A stretch of DNA of 64,000 nucleotides, taken from NCBI GenBank assembly GCA_032718475.1, contig JAUCBJ010007687.1, forward strand, positions 1 to 64,000, in the 5' to 3' direction. Position 1 is the first letter of the stretch. The number at the start of each line of letters is the position of its first letter. This stretch comes from Nemertoderma westbladi (taxonomy: Eukaryota > Animalia > Xenacoelomorpha). The position numbers were made by a program, and so were the translations under genes. Positions 12,280-22,407 of the stretch are shown here, one piece after another. The notes under the pieces were generated by a model. It was not told the DNA's origin. It did not search any database and saw nothing but the letters and a program-made list of their open reading frames with translations.

Positions 12280-13110
12280 TTATTTAACATATTTCCTAAT
12301 TTAGTAGGAATATGTTTTACTGAACTACGGTTCGGTAGGACAAAAGTTTTTTGAAAAATTTGTATTTTGAGGTAAAAATTTGTATTTGATTAGCTAAGTG
12401 CTAATTTTTGAAATAAAATTTGATTTGAACCGCGTGTAAAATTTTTTGGAATTGAATACCGGTGTTTAAAAGGGTTTAAATACCATATTGTACCGGTACA
12501 AAAATTTTCGTAAAGTAAAACCTAACTCTTTTGTTTTTTCAGGATTCAGAACTCATTTCTAGGCTGTAACGGGAGCAAGACCGTGTTTAGCAAGTTTGGG
12601 AGATAGATAACTCAACAACTTTGGTTGGGAAAATCGCGTTTCGTCCGCAACGTTAAAAACGGAAAGGTTCACGTTCGGTTTGTATCTGGGAATCTGTTTT
12701 TCTGGAGAATTATTGGAGTGGGTGAGTTCGAAAAGTTGCATAAATAAGTTAGGCATTACCGTATTAGTTAAAATTATTGTGGGTTCCACTGTCTCAAGTA
12801 TTTATGCATTCCGTATGATTTTTTTGTTCATTGCTGAATTAGTCCGTATTATTGTATTTAATTTACCTTTTGATAACGCATATCGTTATCCGATTTATTT
12901 GTTATAAAATTGGCCGCTAGGCTAATTTTATTATATACTTATTCCGTGACATTTATTTGCTGTAAAATTGGCCGTTTAGGCTAATTTTATCCATCTGCTA
13001 TAAAATCGGCCGGTAGGCTAATTTTATAAGACTGTAATTAGTACCGTTTTATACAAATACGGTAAACTCGATACTTTGACACTCACTTCACTTGACTTAC
13101 AACTACCGAA

Positions 13111-13512
13111 ATGAGTGACAAACAAGACTATACGAAGAATACACAAACCGACTATGACTCATGTGACGCGGATAAGTCAGCAGCGGGAGAACAACAGGGG
13201 AAGACTCGCGAGCCTACCGAACCTACACCGTGTGCGTCACCAGTACATCCAACGGGAGTACCGGATGCCGTAGTACGAGGCGACGGCAGGACCGAGGACT
13301 TTCTAACTGTTCCGCAACCTAGATATAGGGAAACGGAATTGGTAAGTTCAGCAGGAAGCACAGAAAGTGTGGTTAGAAGCGTCGGAGGTTACATGGCGCA
13401 TATAACCAGGAGTATTGGAGAAGGCCAACGCATATTAGACGGGTTGACCGCTCCGATGTCTCGATTCGAGTTCTACACCCTCCAGGTTAGAGTAAAGTAT
13501 ATAAGTCCGTAG
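13111..13512 (+). CDS. N-terminal Gag segment of element 1, separated from the main ORF by a -1 frameshift near 13491-13502
   Basis: The frame of ORF 13557 is open back to 13491 (KVYKSVDNLVGLQDLARQRQD-M) and overlaps this ORF. RSVGGYMAHITRSI resembles BEL Gag N-termini. Confidence 0.7.
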   Translation: MSDKQDYTKNTQTDYDSCDADKSAAGEQQGKTREPTEPTPCASPVHPTGVPDAVVRGDGRTEDFLTVPQPRYRETELVSSAGSTESVVRSVGGYMAHITRSIGEGQRILDGLTAPMSRFEFYTLQVRVKYISP

Positions 13513-13556
13513 ATAATTTAGTTGGCTTACAAGATCTAGCTAGACAGAGACAGGAC

Positions 13557-16500
13557 ATGGATACTCAACTTAGAATCCTAGAGAAACTAATGATCACTAG
13601 AGAGAAACTGATTCAGTTTAAGTCGACGATTAGACAGATACAACAGGAACAAGCGGACCAGTTGTTAGGTGAGTCAGTTTCGGACGAATTATTACAACCC
13701 GAGGAAGAACAGGAACTGTACCGACTGGATGGACAATTGAAACACCTGACGGATCACTTGCGCATGTGCGGCGAAGACGTCGGGGATTGGGAAACCGTGC
13801 CGGAGGCTACGAGGGAAACTTCACTCGCACAAATCGAATCGGCACCGGGAATACTAAATCAATCGCTGGTGAGTATTCGTAGCGAAATCTGCGAGGGAAG
13901 TATAGTCACGTCAGAAGTTGCTCGACAACAGCAAGAATTCTGCCGACAACGACGAGAAATGGAGGAACAAGCTCAACTTCTAGTGATGCAGGCAGCAGTA
14001 GAGGAAGAGAAGCTACGCGTTGCGAATATAGCGAGAATCTCTCATCTACAGGAACAAGCTGAATTAGAAGCAGCTGAAGTAGAAAGGTTAGAGGTAGACA
14101 TTGCCCGACAAGCGGCAGCGGCAGCGGCAGAGTCAGAGCGACAAGCGGCAGCGGCAGCGGCAGAGTCAGAGCGACAAGCGGCAGCGGCAGCGGCAGAGTC
14201 AGAGCGACAAGCGGCAGCGGCAGCGGCGGAATTAGAACGAGACAGGTTAGTTTCGGAAGCACGGGCCGAAATGAAAACACGGCAAATAAAAGCTCAATCC
14301 GCCATACGACAAGCAGAATTTGAGGCGCAACAACGACAAACGGAACAACGAGAGAAGACAGCTAAACTTCATTTCGAACTTGAGAAGAAGGCGAGAGAAT
14401 TAGCGAACGCTGAGGAAGATCTGGATCAAAAGGCCCGCGATCGATCGATGAGATCTCGTGACGGACATGATTTGGACCAGTTAGAGGTAAGACATCGCCA
14501 AATTCAGGAACGGAAGAAGGAAGGAAGCGTAGGAGCACCCGGACGGGAACGGCAATTAGTAAAAGACGTGTGTCAACGATTCCCACAGGTAACTCATATG
14601 TTTGCACCGGTTACGACTAAGGAACCTGTTTCGATTGCGGGTAGTAGTGATATTTCTCCTATCCATGGTGCGACGGAACACAGGTTTGTTATTCCGAACG
14701 AGTTTATACCGCCAAGAGCAACGTCGTCGCCTATTCCGAGAGTCAAGGTAAGTAACCCACCGATTACAGATCGTAGTAGTTTATTGACCGGACCTGCGCT
14801 ACTGACGACTAAACAGGTGAGTCCACCTTTGACGCCAAAACCCGTTACGCACTACGATTACCCAATGACGTTTCGACCAACAAGGCCTTTGGATTCAAAT
14901 GCTGTCATTCGCCCACCGTTCAACCAATTTACATCGCAATCTACGACTTCGAGGAAGACTTGTGAGCCTACCGAACAACGGAGAACAGTGGATACGCGAC
15001 CGGTTCAGTTTACATCGCAATCTACGACTTCGAGGAAGACTTGTGAGCCTACCGAACAACGGAGATCAGTGGACGATGTTCCGAAACGAGCCGTTAGAAT
15101 TCGTACGACGCAACGGACGCGAGCACGTCGACCACCATATCCAGATGATAGTACTACTTCGAGCGAATCGGATTACCCGAAACGCGAGGTATTTAGAACA
15201 GGGGCGGCCGATGAATATAAACGCGAGCGTTCAGACAACTCCTTTGCAGACAATCCTCCACAGAATACACCAACACAGAAGGCGTTACAACCAACGGACG
15301 CAATTAGTACACAACAGTTCGCCGACATTCTGCGACCAGTTGTCAATAAGTTGGCTCAGATCGAGGAGCGTCTGGAGGAAGTTCAAACCGACAGTTCGAG
15401 AAATTCCGAATTCGAACACAATAGACACCCGAAGGGACCACAAAGACCGGTACCTTCAAACCCCACATCGTATCAGGGAAAAGCGCCCAGAAGGGAGAAC
15501 ATCAACCAGGTTACCAACCAAGGACGCGAAACTCTGAACGTTGCCGAGGAGATAGCGAAATTCGCAGCCAGACAGGGATTGCCGGTACAACAACCACCGA
15601 AGTTCTCCGGTAGCTCAAAACACTGGCATACCTTCGTAGACTATATTGAATCCCAGATCGCCGTGTGCGCCTTTACGTCACGAGAGAAGTTCAATTACTT
15701 GCTCCAAACGTTGTCAGGAGAACCTAAACGTTTGGCGGAGACTTTCGTTGGTGTACCGGACGCTTTCGAACTAGCGTACGATCGTTTGACTTCGATATAC
15801 GGAGGTACAGTGAGTATGGCCAGGTCAGTAATAGAAGAACTCTGTAAGGGAGGGGCTATCACTAAACCCGTCGACTTACTAAAACTGGCTGACGAGATTA
15901 AGAACGCTATCACTACCTTAAGATCAATTGGACAACTTGATTACGGGAATACACCTACAGTCCTATTAAAGATAATAGGACGACTCCACCATCGACTTCG
16001 TCGGGAGTGGAGGAAGGTCGAATATCAGCGAGAGGAGCGAGGAGGATTCCTGAAATTAGAAGATGTGTACCTTTTAATATCCAGGGAGGCGGTAGTAGAA
16101 ACTCGATCTAACTATACCGACCAGCACATCGTGGCAGAAGGGATCACACTGCCATCCTCCAACCGACAAAAACCCCAGACAACATCCACAAAGACGGCCA
16201 CTTACGCCACACCGACGGAATCAAGACAATTCTCAGACGGTAATAGAGTATCTGCGCCCATTGGAACGAAACAGACGAGACAGCAACTCAGCGCCGACTT
16301 CAACGGATGCCAATACTGCGAACATTTGGGTAAGCGGTATATTGGTCACAAGTTACGAGGTTGTCGACAATTTCGCGAGTTGAACTCAGAAGAACGACGG
16401 CTGCAGATACGGCCACTGGACTCTTGTTGGCGGTGTACGCGACACGGACACGTCCGTAAGGATTGCCCAAATACCGACACTTGTCCATCCTGTGGACGCA

Positions 16501-19500
16501 ACCACGACGGTCTGCTCCACACAGACAGCCACACGCCGACGAAACGCTTCGCCAGGGAACACCCGGAAGCAGCAGCGAGATGTGATGCGGCTTACCGAAA
16601 ACGGGAATCGAAAACGACTCCGACTTTCGTGACCCATATAGAGGATTGCTTTTCAGAACAATCCGGATCATCGGACGAAGAATCAGAAGACGACGAATAT
16701 TCAAATGGAGACGAACAACCGTCAATCGCGCTCCTGACCACTGACCAACTGAAGGGATTCAGTGTAATCCCGATTAAAGTTACTGGCACAAAAGGGAGTA
16801 AGAGGATTTACGCGATTCTAGACTCAGCCTCATCTCACAGTTACGTAGATGAAAAGATAGCTGACGTCGTAACAGATCTTAGACAAGGTAAGCACGTCAG
16901 TTATACAGTAAGTAGTATGCACGGCCAGCGTGCAATACCAGTGACACGAGTTAAGTTGGACTTAGACTCTCTTCTTCCAAAATCGCAGCACAGCGAGAGG
17001 GAGAGGTCTTTGTTGCCCTTTAGAGATTTAACCTTTGCGGCCACGAAGGACTTTAGTAACCTACTAGGTCCAGTGCCGGAACAATCTCTGGAGGACCGTA
17101 AGTATTTCAGACACCTTGGTGTACCCGAATGTCCCGTCAATTATAGATCGGTAGCAATGCTGATCGGGACGGACCAATTCAACCTACATCAGGTGTGGGA
17201 AACCAGACCATCGGCAGTTGTAGCAGGAAACGCATACGCCTGCAGAACGCCGATAGGGTGGTATACTCGAGCGCCTGTGCGCACACTGGACGTAAGTGAC
17301 GAGGAAGACGACGTACAGAGTACATGTAGTTTATTGACTACAAACTCAATTCATTCCTTTTCACACGACGTGAACCATACTACGCTACAGTCGACAAAAC
17401 ATCACAGACGTGTAACTAGTATGATAAGTCACAAGGAGCAGCTAACCCACAAGGTGAGTTTAGAAATTGGGGGGAAGATGAGTCAGCTAGAGATTCCATC
17501 GACGACAGATGATAGGCTTGCGAGTCTACCTACCCCAATAACTTCAACAGTGCCCATCGATATCGACGATGACGCGTTGAAAATTCATCAGTTGGAACAA
17601 GCCGCCTTGGACAAAGAATTAACGGAGAAGACTATCAGGTGGTTAGAACAAGATACAGCTGAACCTGGTAGCTACGACCCTTGTATGTCGGAACAGGAGA
17701 AACAATCTCTAAAGATCATGGAGGATACTATCCGACAGACGGAGGACGGACATTACGAGGTGGGGATGTTATGGCGTAGCCAAAGTCCTAAACTTATAAA
17801 TAACTACCCACTGGCTTTAAGACGTCTACACTCAATCCGACAACGTCTATTAAAGGACGAGAAAGCCCATCTGCAGTATAACACTCAGATGGAGACGTAT
17901 TTGACGAAGGGATACGCTATCCGAATGACTAACCCGGAGCGAGTGACAGACCAGACGTACTACTTGCCACATCACTATGTGAGACATCCCGACAAACCAG
18001 ATAAAGTACGCGTAGTCAATGACTGTGCGGCTCTGTTTGAGGGAATGTCCCTCAATAGTGAATTGATGGATGGACCGAACATGAATAACTATCTTATGGG
18101 GGTGATTATGCGCTTCCGTCAGCGTCAAGTAGCCTTTACTTGCGACGTAGAAGCGATGTTTCACCAAGTGAAAGCGTTAGAGCGAGACAGAGACAGTTTG
18201 CGGTTTCTCTGGTATCCGGAAGGGGACTTAAGTCTACCACCAGCGACTTACCAAATGCAAGTTCGCGTTTTCGGTGCCAGAGACAGCCCGAATTGTACGA
18301 TGTACGCCTTGAAGCAAGCCGCTAGAGATCAGAAACATCTGTATGACCCAGAGATAGTTAGAATTGTAGAACGTGACTTTTACGTTGATGACGGTTTACA
18401 AAGTTGTGACACAGTAGAACGTGCTACAACAGTAGCACATCAATTACGGGACTGCTTGGCGGGCGGAGGTTTTAACCTCACCAAATTCGCCTCAAACAGT
18501 GCCGAATTAGTTGACTCATTCGGAACTACTGAGCGTGGAGGTGGTGATATAGACCTAGAGTTCGAACCACTACCGACGACTAAGGTGTTGGGGCTCTTTT
18601 GGGACCCAAACACAGACAACTTTCGAGTGAAGGTGAGACTGGACAGTCAAGGAGACACACTGACCAAGAGATCATGCTTGTCAAAGTTGAGCCGATTGTT
18701 CGATCCGTTAGGATTCATCAGTCCAGTAATACTGCAAGCTCGCATTTATATGCGCAGTATATGGAAGGATGGACTAACGTGGGACGAGCCGATCTCATCA
18801 GATCAAGTGGACTTATGGAAGACCTGGGAGGCGGAATTGTCTTCGTTAGAGGATTATTCCATACCCAGGGTTTACTTTCCATTACAGAGTACATTTCCTG
18901 ACAACTTGGAACTACACTGTTTTTCTGACGCCAGTGACAACGGTTTTGGTGTGGCAGCGTATTTGCGCAGACAAGTAGAATCAGACGAGTTCGATGTTTC
19001 GCTCATTACTTCCAAGGCTAAGACCATGCCTACTAAGTATATGACGACACCACGAGCCGAGCTACAAGCCGCGACCCTGTCAACCACCATCGTGAACCTC
19101 ATACAGACAGAACTACAGTCGAGTTTACAGATATTTTATTGGACTGACGCGACGTTAGTTTTATTTTACATAAACAACGACACACTCGAATTCAAGACAT
19201 TCGTAGCTAACCGTCGCGCGGAAATTCTAGACCGTTCGATAAAAGAGGATTGGCGACATTGTCCCGGACCACAAAACCCAGCTGATATTGCGTCGCGAGG
19301 AATGATGCCTGAGGAATTCTGTAAACCGGAGAACAAAGAGTTTTGGCAACACGGACCCCAGTTCTTGCAGAAATCGACACAAGATTGGCCTCCGTTATAC
19401 GACAACAAGTCCAACACCATTCCAAAGGACGCCGAAATCAAGAAACCAAAAAAGGGGAAGACAAAGAAAAAGACAACGGCGACAAAACTCAAGAAAAAAC

Positions 19501-21749
19501 CGAAGGCGAAATGGAAAGATATAACTTCAAAGGTCAAGAGAGGAAGACTTGCGAGCCTTTCTACACCAGACATATCGCCAGACGGTCAACCAGACACGTT
19601 ACTAGACAGTCAACCAGACATTTTGCCAGACATATCACAAAATGTTCCACCAGACGTTAGTAACGCACTGACAAACAGTAAAGCCGCAGTTTCCCTATTG
19701 GAGCGGCCTTCTATTGACAAACAACCAGATACGTTACCAGACGTATCGCCAGACACACTACTAGACAGTCGACTAGACACTAGTAATGTATTGACTAACA
19801 ATAAAGCCGCAGTTTCCCTATTGGAGCGGCCTTGTATTGACAAACTACCAATTTTGACACACTTGAGCAACCATAAGCACGGTGAAACCTCATGTATTAC
19901 AGATGTGGGTAGTACCTACGCTAATGTAAATACAGGTGTTACTTTGCGCTCAAGAGACATACCGAACTTGCAACCTATGTCGAAACCTGGGATTAATGTC
20001 GGCAGGAAAATAAGTTTACCGAAACCTGCTGACCCCATAGAGTTCAAACCACCATTAGCGATCGACTTACAAAGTACCGACAATCAAGGTAAGAAGACAA
20101 AGAAGGACAAATTACTTGTAGACCCGGACGGATCAACAGTCAACAAGGGAATACTTACCGGCGGACCCGTGGGCCCTTCTAGTAATTCAAAACCTTCCAA
20201 GTTCTCCATTGACTTACCTGATGACGTCACAAATACTTACGTCGACCGTATTGTAAACTTAACAGATTCTTGGTCAAACGCTTGCCGAAAATTAGCGTGG
20301 ATTGTACGTTTTGTACAATACGTTAAAGGCAAACGTGACTTTACACGTCGACTTACATTGGCTGAGATTGAAAGGTGTGAGATTAAATTAATTCGCCATT
20401 ACCAACTGCGATATTTCGCGCGCGAATTCACATCTATACATCAAGGTCAACCAATCAAGTCGTCACCGATACTGAGTTGGAGTCCGATAATTTATAATGG
20501 CTTAATTTGTCATAAATCTCGGCTTCAAAACATTGACTTTAACACAAACTTTAGGTACCCAATAATAATACCGCAACATCACGAACTACAACGTGCAATG
20601 ATACTGGACGCACATTTACATCTGAAACACGCTGGAAGACACCACTGTCTTTCCTACTTACGTACTAGATTTGTATTAATTAGACCCAGTAAAGCATTAA
20701 GTTCAGTGACACGTACGTGTATTATTTGTAAAAAGGTACATTCTAGAATAGGTACCCAAGAAATGAGTGAACTACCACAAGCACGACTTCAAGCATTCAG
20801 ACCACCTTTTACAGAGACTGGAATTGATTGCTTTGGTCCCATACATACTAAACGTGGACGTATACTAGTAAAACGCTGGGGACTGATTTTCACATGTATG
20901 TCCAGTAGGGCAGTTCACATTGAACGTGTGATGGATCTTTCCACCAACGCGTTTATACTAGCACTGCGGCGATTTATCGCTAGACGCGGACTAGTGAAAT
21001 GCTTGTACTCAGACCAAGGGACAAACTTCGTTGGTGCTCGGAATGAGATCGCTAGAGCCTTTAAGAAATTAGATCACGATCAAATCTCGAACGAACTACA
21101 ACCTCACAAGATTGTTTGGAAGTTTAATCCTCCAGATAGTCCTTGGAGAGGCGGAGTCTGGGAGAGATTGATTAGATCTATAAAGACAGCCATGGCAAAA
21201 GTCATTCCAGTAAACCACATATTAACAGACGACCAACTGACAACATTGTTTGTTGAAATCGAGGCAATACTAAATACTAGACCAATAGTATTAGTACCCG
21301 ATGACAAACAATCTCAGTTCGCTTTAACACCAGCACACCTGCTTATGCAGGCACCGACCACATTGACGCCGATTTCCATTCCAATGGAAAGCGATAGTTA
21401 CGGTAGAAAAGCGTGGAAAATCACGCAACTACTGGCTAACAAATTCTGGGAAATATGGCAAAACCATTATTTGCCCTCTATTTCTGCCAGAACAACATGG
21501 TACAATAACACCCGTGCATTAAAGCCGGGAGATCACGTGCTGTTGGCAGAAGTGAATCTGAAAAGACGCTTCTGGATAACAGGTGTCATTTTAGCCACAC
21601 ATCCATCTATGGATGGAGTGACAAGAACTGTGACGGTACGGACAATTGACGGTCGTACAGTAGACAGACCGACTCAACGTCTCGTACTCCTTGAAGAGAC
21701 TCGTAACGAGTCTGGAGATTACAAATCTCCACCTAATACTAGTAAATAA
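13557..21749 (+). CDS. BEL/Pao Gag-Pol polyprotein (2730 aa)
   Basis: Capsid-like PKFSG...EKFNYLLQTLSGEP; three Zn knuckles (CQYC..H..C, CWRC..GH...C, CPSC..HDGLLH); protease AILDSAS; RT YYLPHH...RVVND...DVEAMFHQ...FYVDD; RNase H LHCFSDAS...PRAELQAA...WTDA...NPADIASRG; integrase H..HAG...CIIC, GIDCFG, SDQGTNF, WERLIRSIK. Confidence 0.97.
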   Translation: MDTQLRILEKLMITREKLIQFKSTIRQIQQEQADQLLGESVSDELLQPEEEQELYRLDGQLKHLTDHLRMCGEDVGDWETVPEATRETSLAQIESAPGILNQSLVSIRSEICEGSIVTSEVARQQQEFCRQRREMEEQAQLLVMQAAVEEEKLRVANIARISHLQEQAELEAAEVERLEVDIARQAAAAAAESERQAAAAAAESERQAAAAAAESERQAAAAAAELERDRLVSEARAEMKTRQIKAQSAIRQAEFEAQQRQTEQREKTAKLHFELEKKARELANAEEDLDQKARDRSMRSRDGHDLDQLEVRHRQIQERKKEGSVGAPGRERQLVKDVCQRFPQVTHMFAPVTTKEPVSIAGSSDISPIHGATEHRFVIPNEFIPPRATSSPIPRVKVSNPPITDRSSLLTGPALLTTKQVSPPLTPKPVTHYDYPMTFRPTRPLDSNAVIRPPFNQFTSQSTTSRKTCEPTEQRRTVDTRPVQFTSQSTTSRKTCEPTEQRRSVDDVPKRAVRIRTTQRTRARRPPYPDDSTTSSESDYPKREVFRTGAADEYKRERSDNSFADNPPQNTPTQKALQPTDAISTQQFADILRPVVNKLAQIEERLEEVQTDSSRNSEFEHNRHPKGPQRPVPSNPTSYQGKAPRRENINQVTNQGRETLNVAEEIAKFAARQGLPVQQPPKFSGSSKHWHTFVDYIESQIAVCAFTSREKFNYLLQTLSGEPKRLAETFVGVPDAFELAYDRLTSIYGGTVSMARSVIEELCKGGAITKPVDLLKLADEIKNAITTLRSIGQLDYGNTPTVLLKIIGRLHHRLRREWRKVEYQREERGGFLKLEDVYLLISREAVVETRSNYTDQHIVAEGITLPSSNRQKPQTTSTKTATYATPTESRQFSDGNRVSAPIGTKQTRQQLSADFNGCQYCEHLGKRYIGHKLRGCRQFRELNSEERRLQIRPLDSCWRCTRHGHVRKDCPNTDTCPSCGRNHDGLLHTDSHTPTKRFAREHPEAAARCDAAYRKRESKTTPTFVTHIEDCFSEQSGSSDEESEDDEYSNGDEQPSIALLTTDQLKGFSVIPIKVTGTKGSKRIYAILDSASSHSYVDEKIADVVTDLRQGKHVSYTVSSMHGQRAIPVTRVKLDLDSLLPKSQHSERERSLLPFRDLTFAATKDFSNLLGPVPEQSLEDRKYFRHLGVPECPVNYRSVAMLIGTDQFNLHQVWETRPSAVVAGNAYACRTPIGWYTRAPVRTLDVSDEEDDVQSTCSLLTTNSIHSFSHDVNHTTLQSTKHHRRVTSMISHKEQLTHKVSLEIGGKMSQLEIPSTTDDRLASLPTPITSTVPIDIDDDALKIHQLEQAALDKELTEKTIRWLEQDTAEPGSYDPCMSEQEKQSLKIMEDTIRQTEDGHYEVGMLWRSQSPKLINNYPLALRRLHSIRQRLLKDEKAHLQYNTQMETYLTKGYAIRMTNPERVTDQTYYLPHHYVRHPDKPDKVRVVNDCAALFEGMSLNSELMDGPNMNNYLMGVIMRFRQRQVAFTCDVEAMFHQVKALERDRDSLRFLWYPEGDLSLPPATYQMQVRVFGARDSPNCTMYALKQAARDQKHLYDPEIVRIVERDFYVDDGLQSCDTVERATTVAHQLRDCLAGGGFNLTKFASNSAELVDSFGTTERGGGDIDLEFEPLPTTKVLGLFWDPNTDNFRVKVRLDSQGDTLTKRSCLSKLSRLFDPLGFISPVILQARIYMRSIWKDGLTWDEPISSDQVDLWKTWEAELSSLEDYSIPRVYFPLQSTFPDNLELHCFSDASDNGFGVAAYLRRQVESDEFDVSLITSKAKTMPTKYMTTPRAELQAATLSTTIVNLIQTELQSSLQIFYWTDATLVLFYINNDTLEFKTFVANRRAEILDRSIKEDWRHCPGPQNPADIASRGMMPEEFCKPENKEFWQHGPQFLQKSTQDWPPLYDNKSNTIPKDAEIKKPKKGKTKKKTTATKLKKKPKAKWKDITSKVKRGRLASLSTPDISPDGQPDTLLDSQPDILPDISQNVPPDVSNALTNSKAAVSLLERPSIDKQPDTLPDVSPDTLLDSRLDTSNVLTNNKAAVSLLERPCIDKLPILTHLSNHKHGETSCITDVGSTYANVNTGVTLRSRDIPNLQPMSKPGINVGRKISLPKPADPIEFKPPLAIDLQSTDNQGKKTKKDKLLVDPDGSTVNKGILTGGPVGPSSNSKPSKFSIDLPDDVTNTYVDRIVNLTDSWSNACRKLAWIVRFVQYVKGKRDFTRRLTLAEIERCEIKLIRHYQLRYFAREFTSIHQGQPIKSSPILSWSPIIYNGLICHKSRLQNIDFNTNFRYPIIIPQHHELQRAMILDAHLHLKHAGRHHCLSYLRTRFVLIRPSKALSSVTRTCIICKKVHSRIGTQEMSELPQARLQAFRPPFTETGIDCFGPIHTKRGRILVKRWGLIFTCMSSRAVHIERVMDLSTNAFILALRRFIARRGLVKCLYSDQGTNFVGARNEIARAFKKLDHDQISNELQPHKIVWKFNPPDSPWRGGVWERLIRSIKTAMAKVIPVNHILTDDQLTTLFVEIEAILNTRPIVLVPDDKQSQFALTPAHLLMQAPTTLTPISIPMESDSYGRKAWKITQLLANKFWEIWQNHYLPSISARTTWYNNTRALKPGDHVLLAEVNLKRRFWITGVILATHPSMDGVTRTVTVRTIDGRTVDRPTQRLVLLEETRNESGDYKSPPNTSK
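14106..14228 (+). repeat. 33-bp coding tandem repeat (RQAAAAAAESE, ~3.7 copies) in the Gag coiled-coil region
   Basis: CGACAAGCGGCAGCGGCAGCGGCAGAGTCAGAG is repeated in tandem. Confidence 0.9.
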
Positions 21750-22407
21750 TTAGGAGTTTACAAATAGATTTCCACGTACCTGTACACCGTAGTAAGGACA
21801 GCGGTAGAATTCCATTGTCTTTATATGTGAACATTGAGGGTAGTACCCTTATGTGTCACATAGGAGCGGGATTTGTAGGTATAAGAAATGGAATTCTACT
21901 TGGAACTCACAATATTGAGACATTTTCGAAATTTTAGACAATCCATTTGGATTTGAAAAATTTTTAAAATTTTCTCCAGTGAATAGATTTCAGGGTACAG
22001 TCGGGTGGAACTTAAAATTAGAGAAACAAGAGAGGAAGACTTGCGAGCCTTTCTTAAAATTTTTAATTAAATTTTACACGGTCTTGTTTCAATAAGTTAC
22101 GTCAAAATAGACTCCCCTATATTTATTACTAATTCTTGATTGCTTATTTTCTGATAATAGTTTGGGATCAAAAGGTGAGTATTTTAGACTCACGGCCAGT
22201 TTAGCCCAAATTCGTTTTTATTTCGGCAAAAATTTTAGATAAGAAGCAGCGTGTCATTAAAGAAACCCTAGATCTTAGGCTATGGGTAGGAGGTTAGAGC
22301 GTTGTCGAGCCCAAAGGGCAGACGAAACTCTCACGTCTCCTCACAACTAACTACAAACTCTGTTGTATTCCCTCTAGTAGTAATGATTATGTAACTACAC
22401 CCTAATT

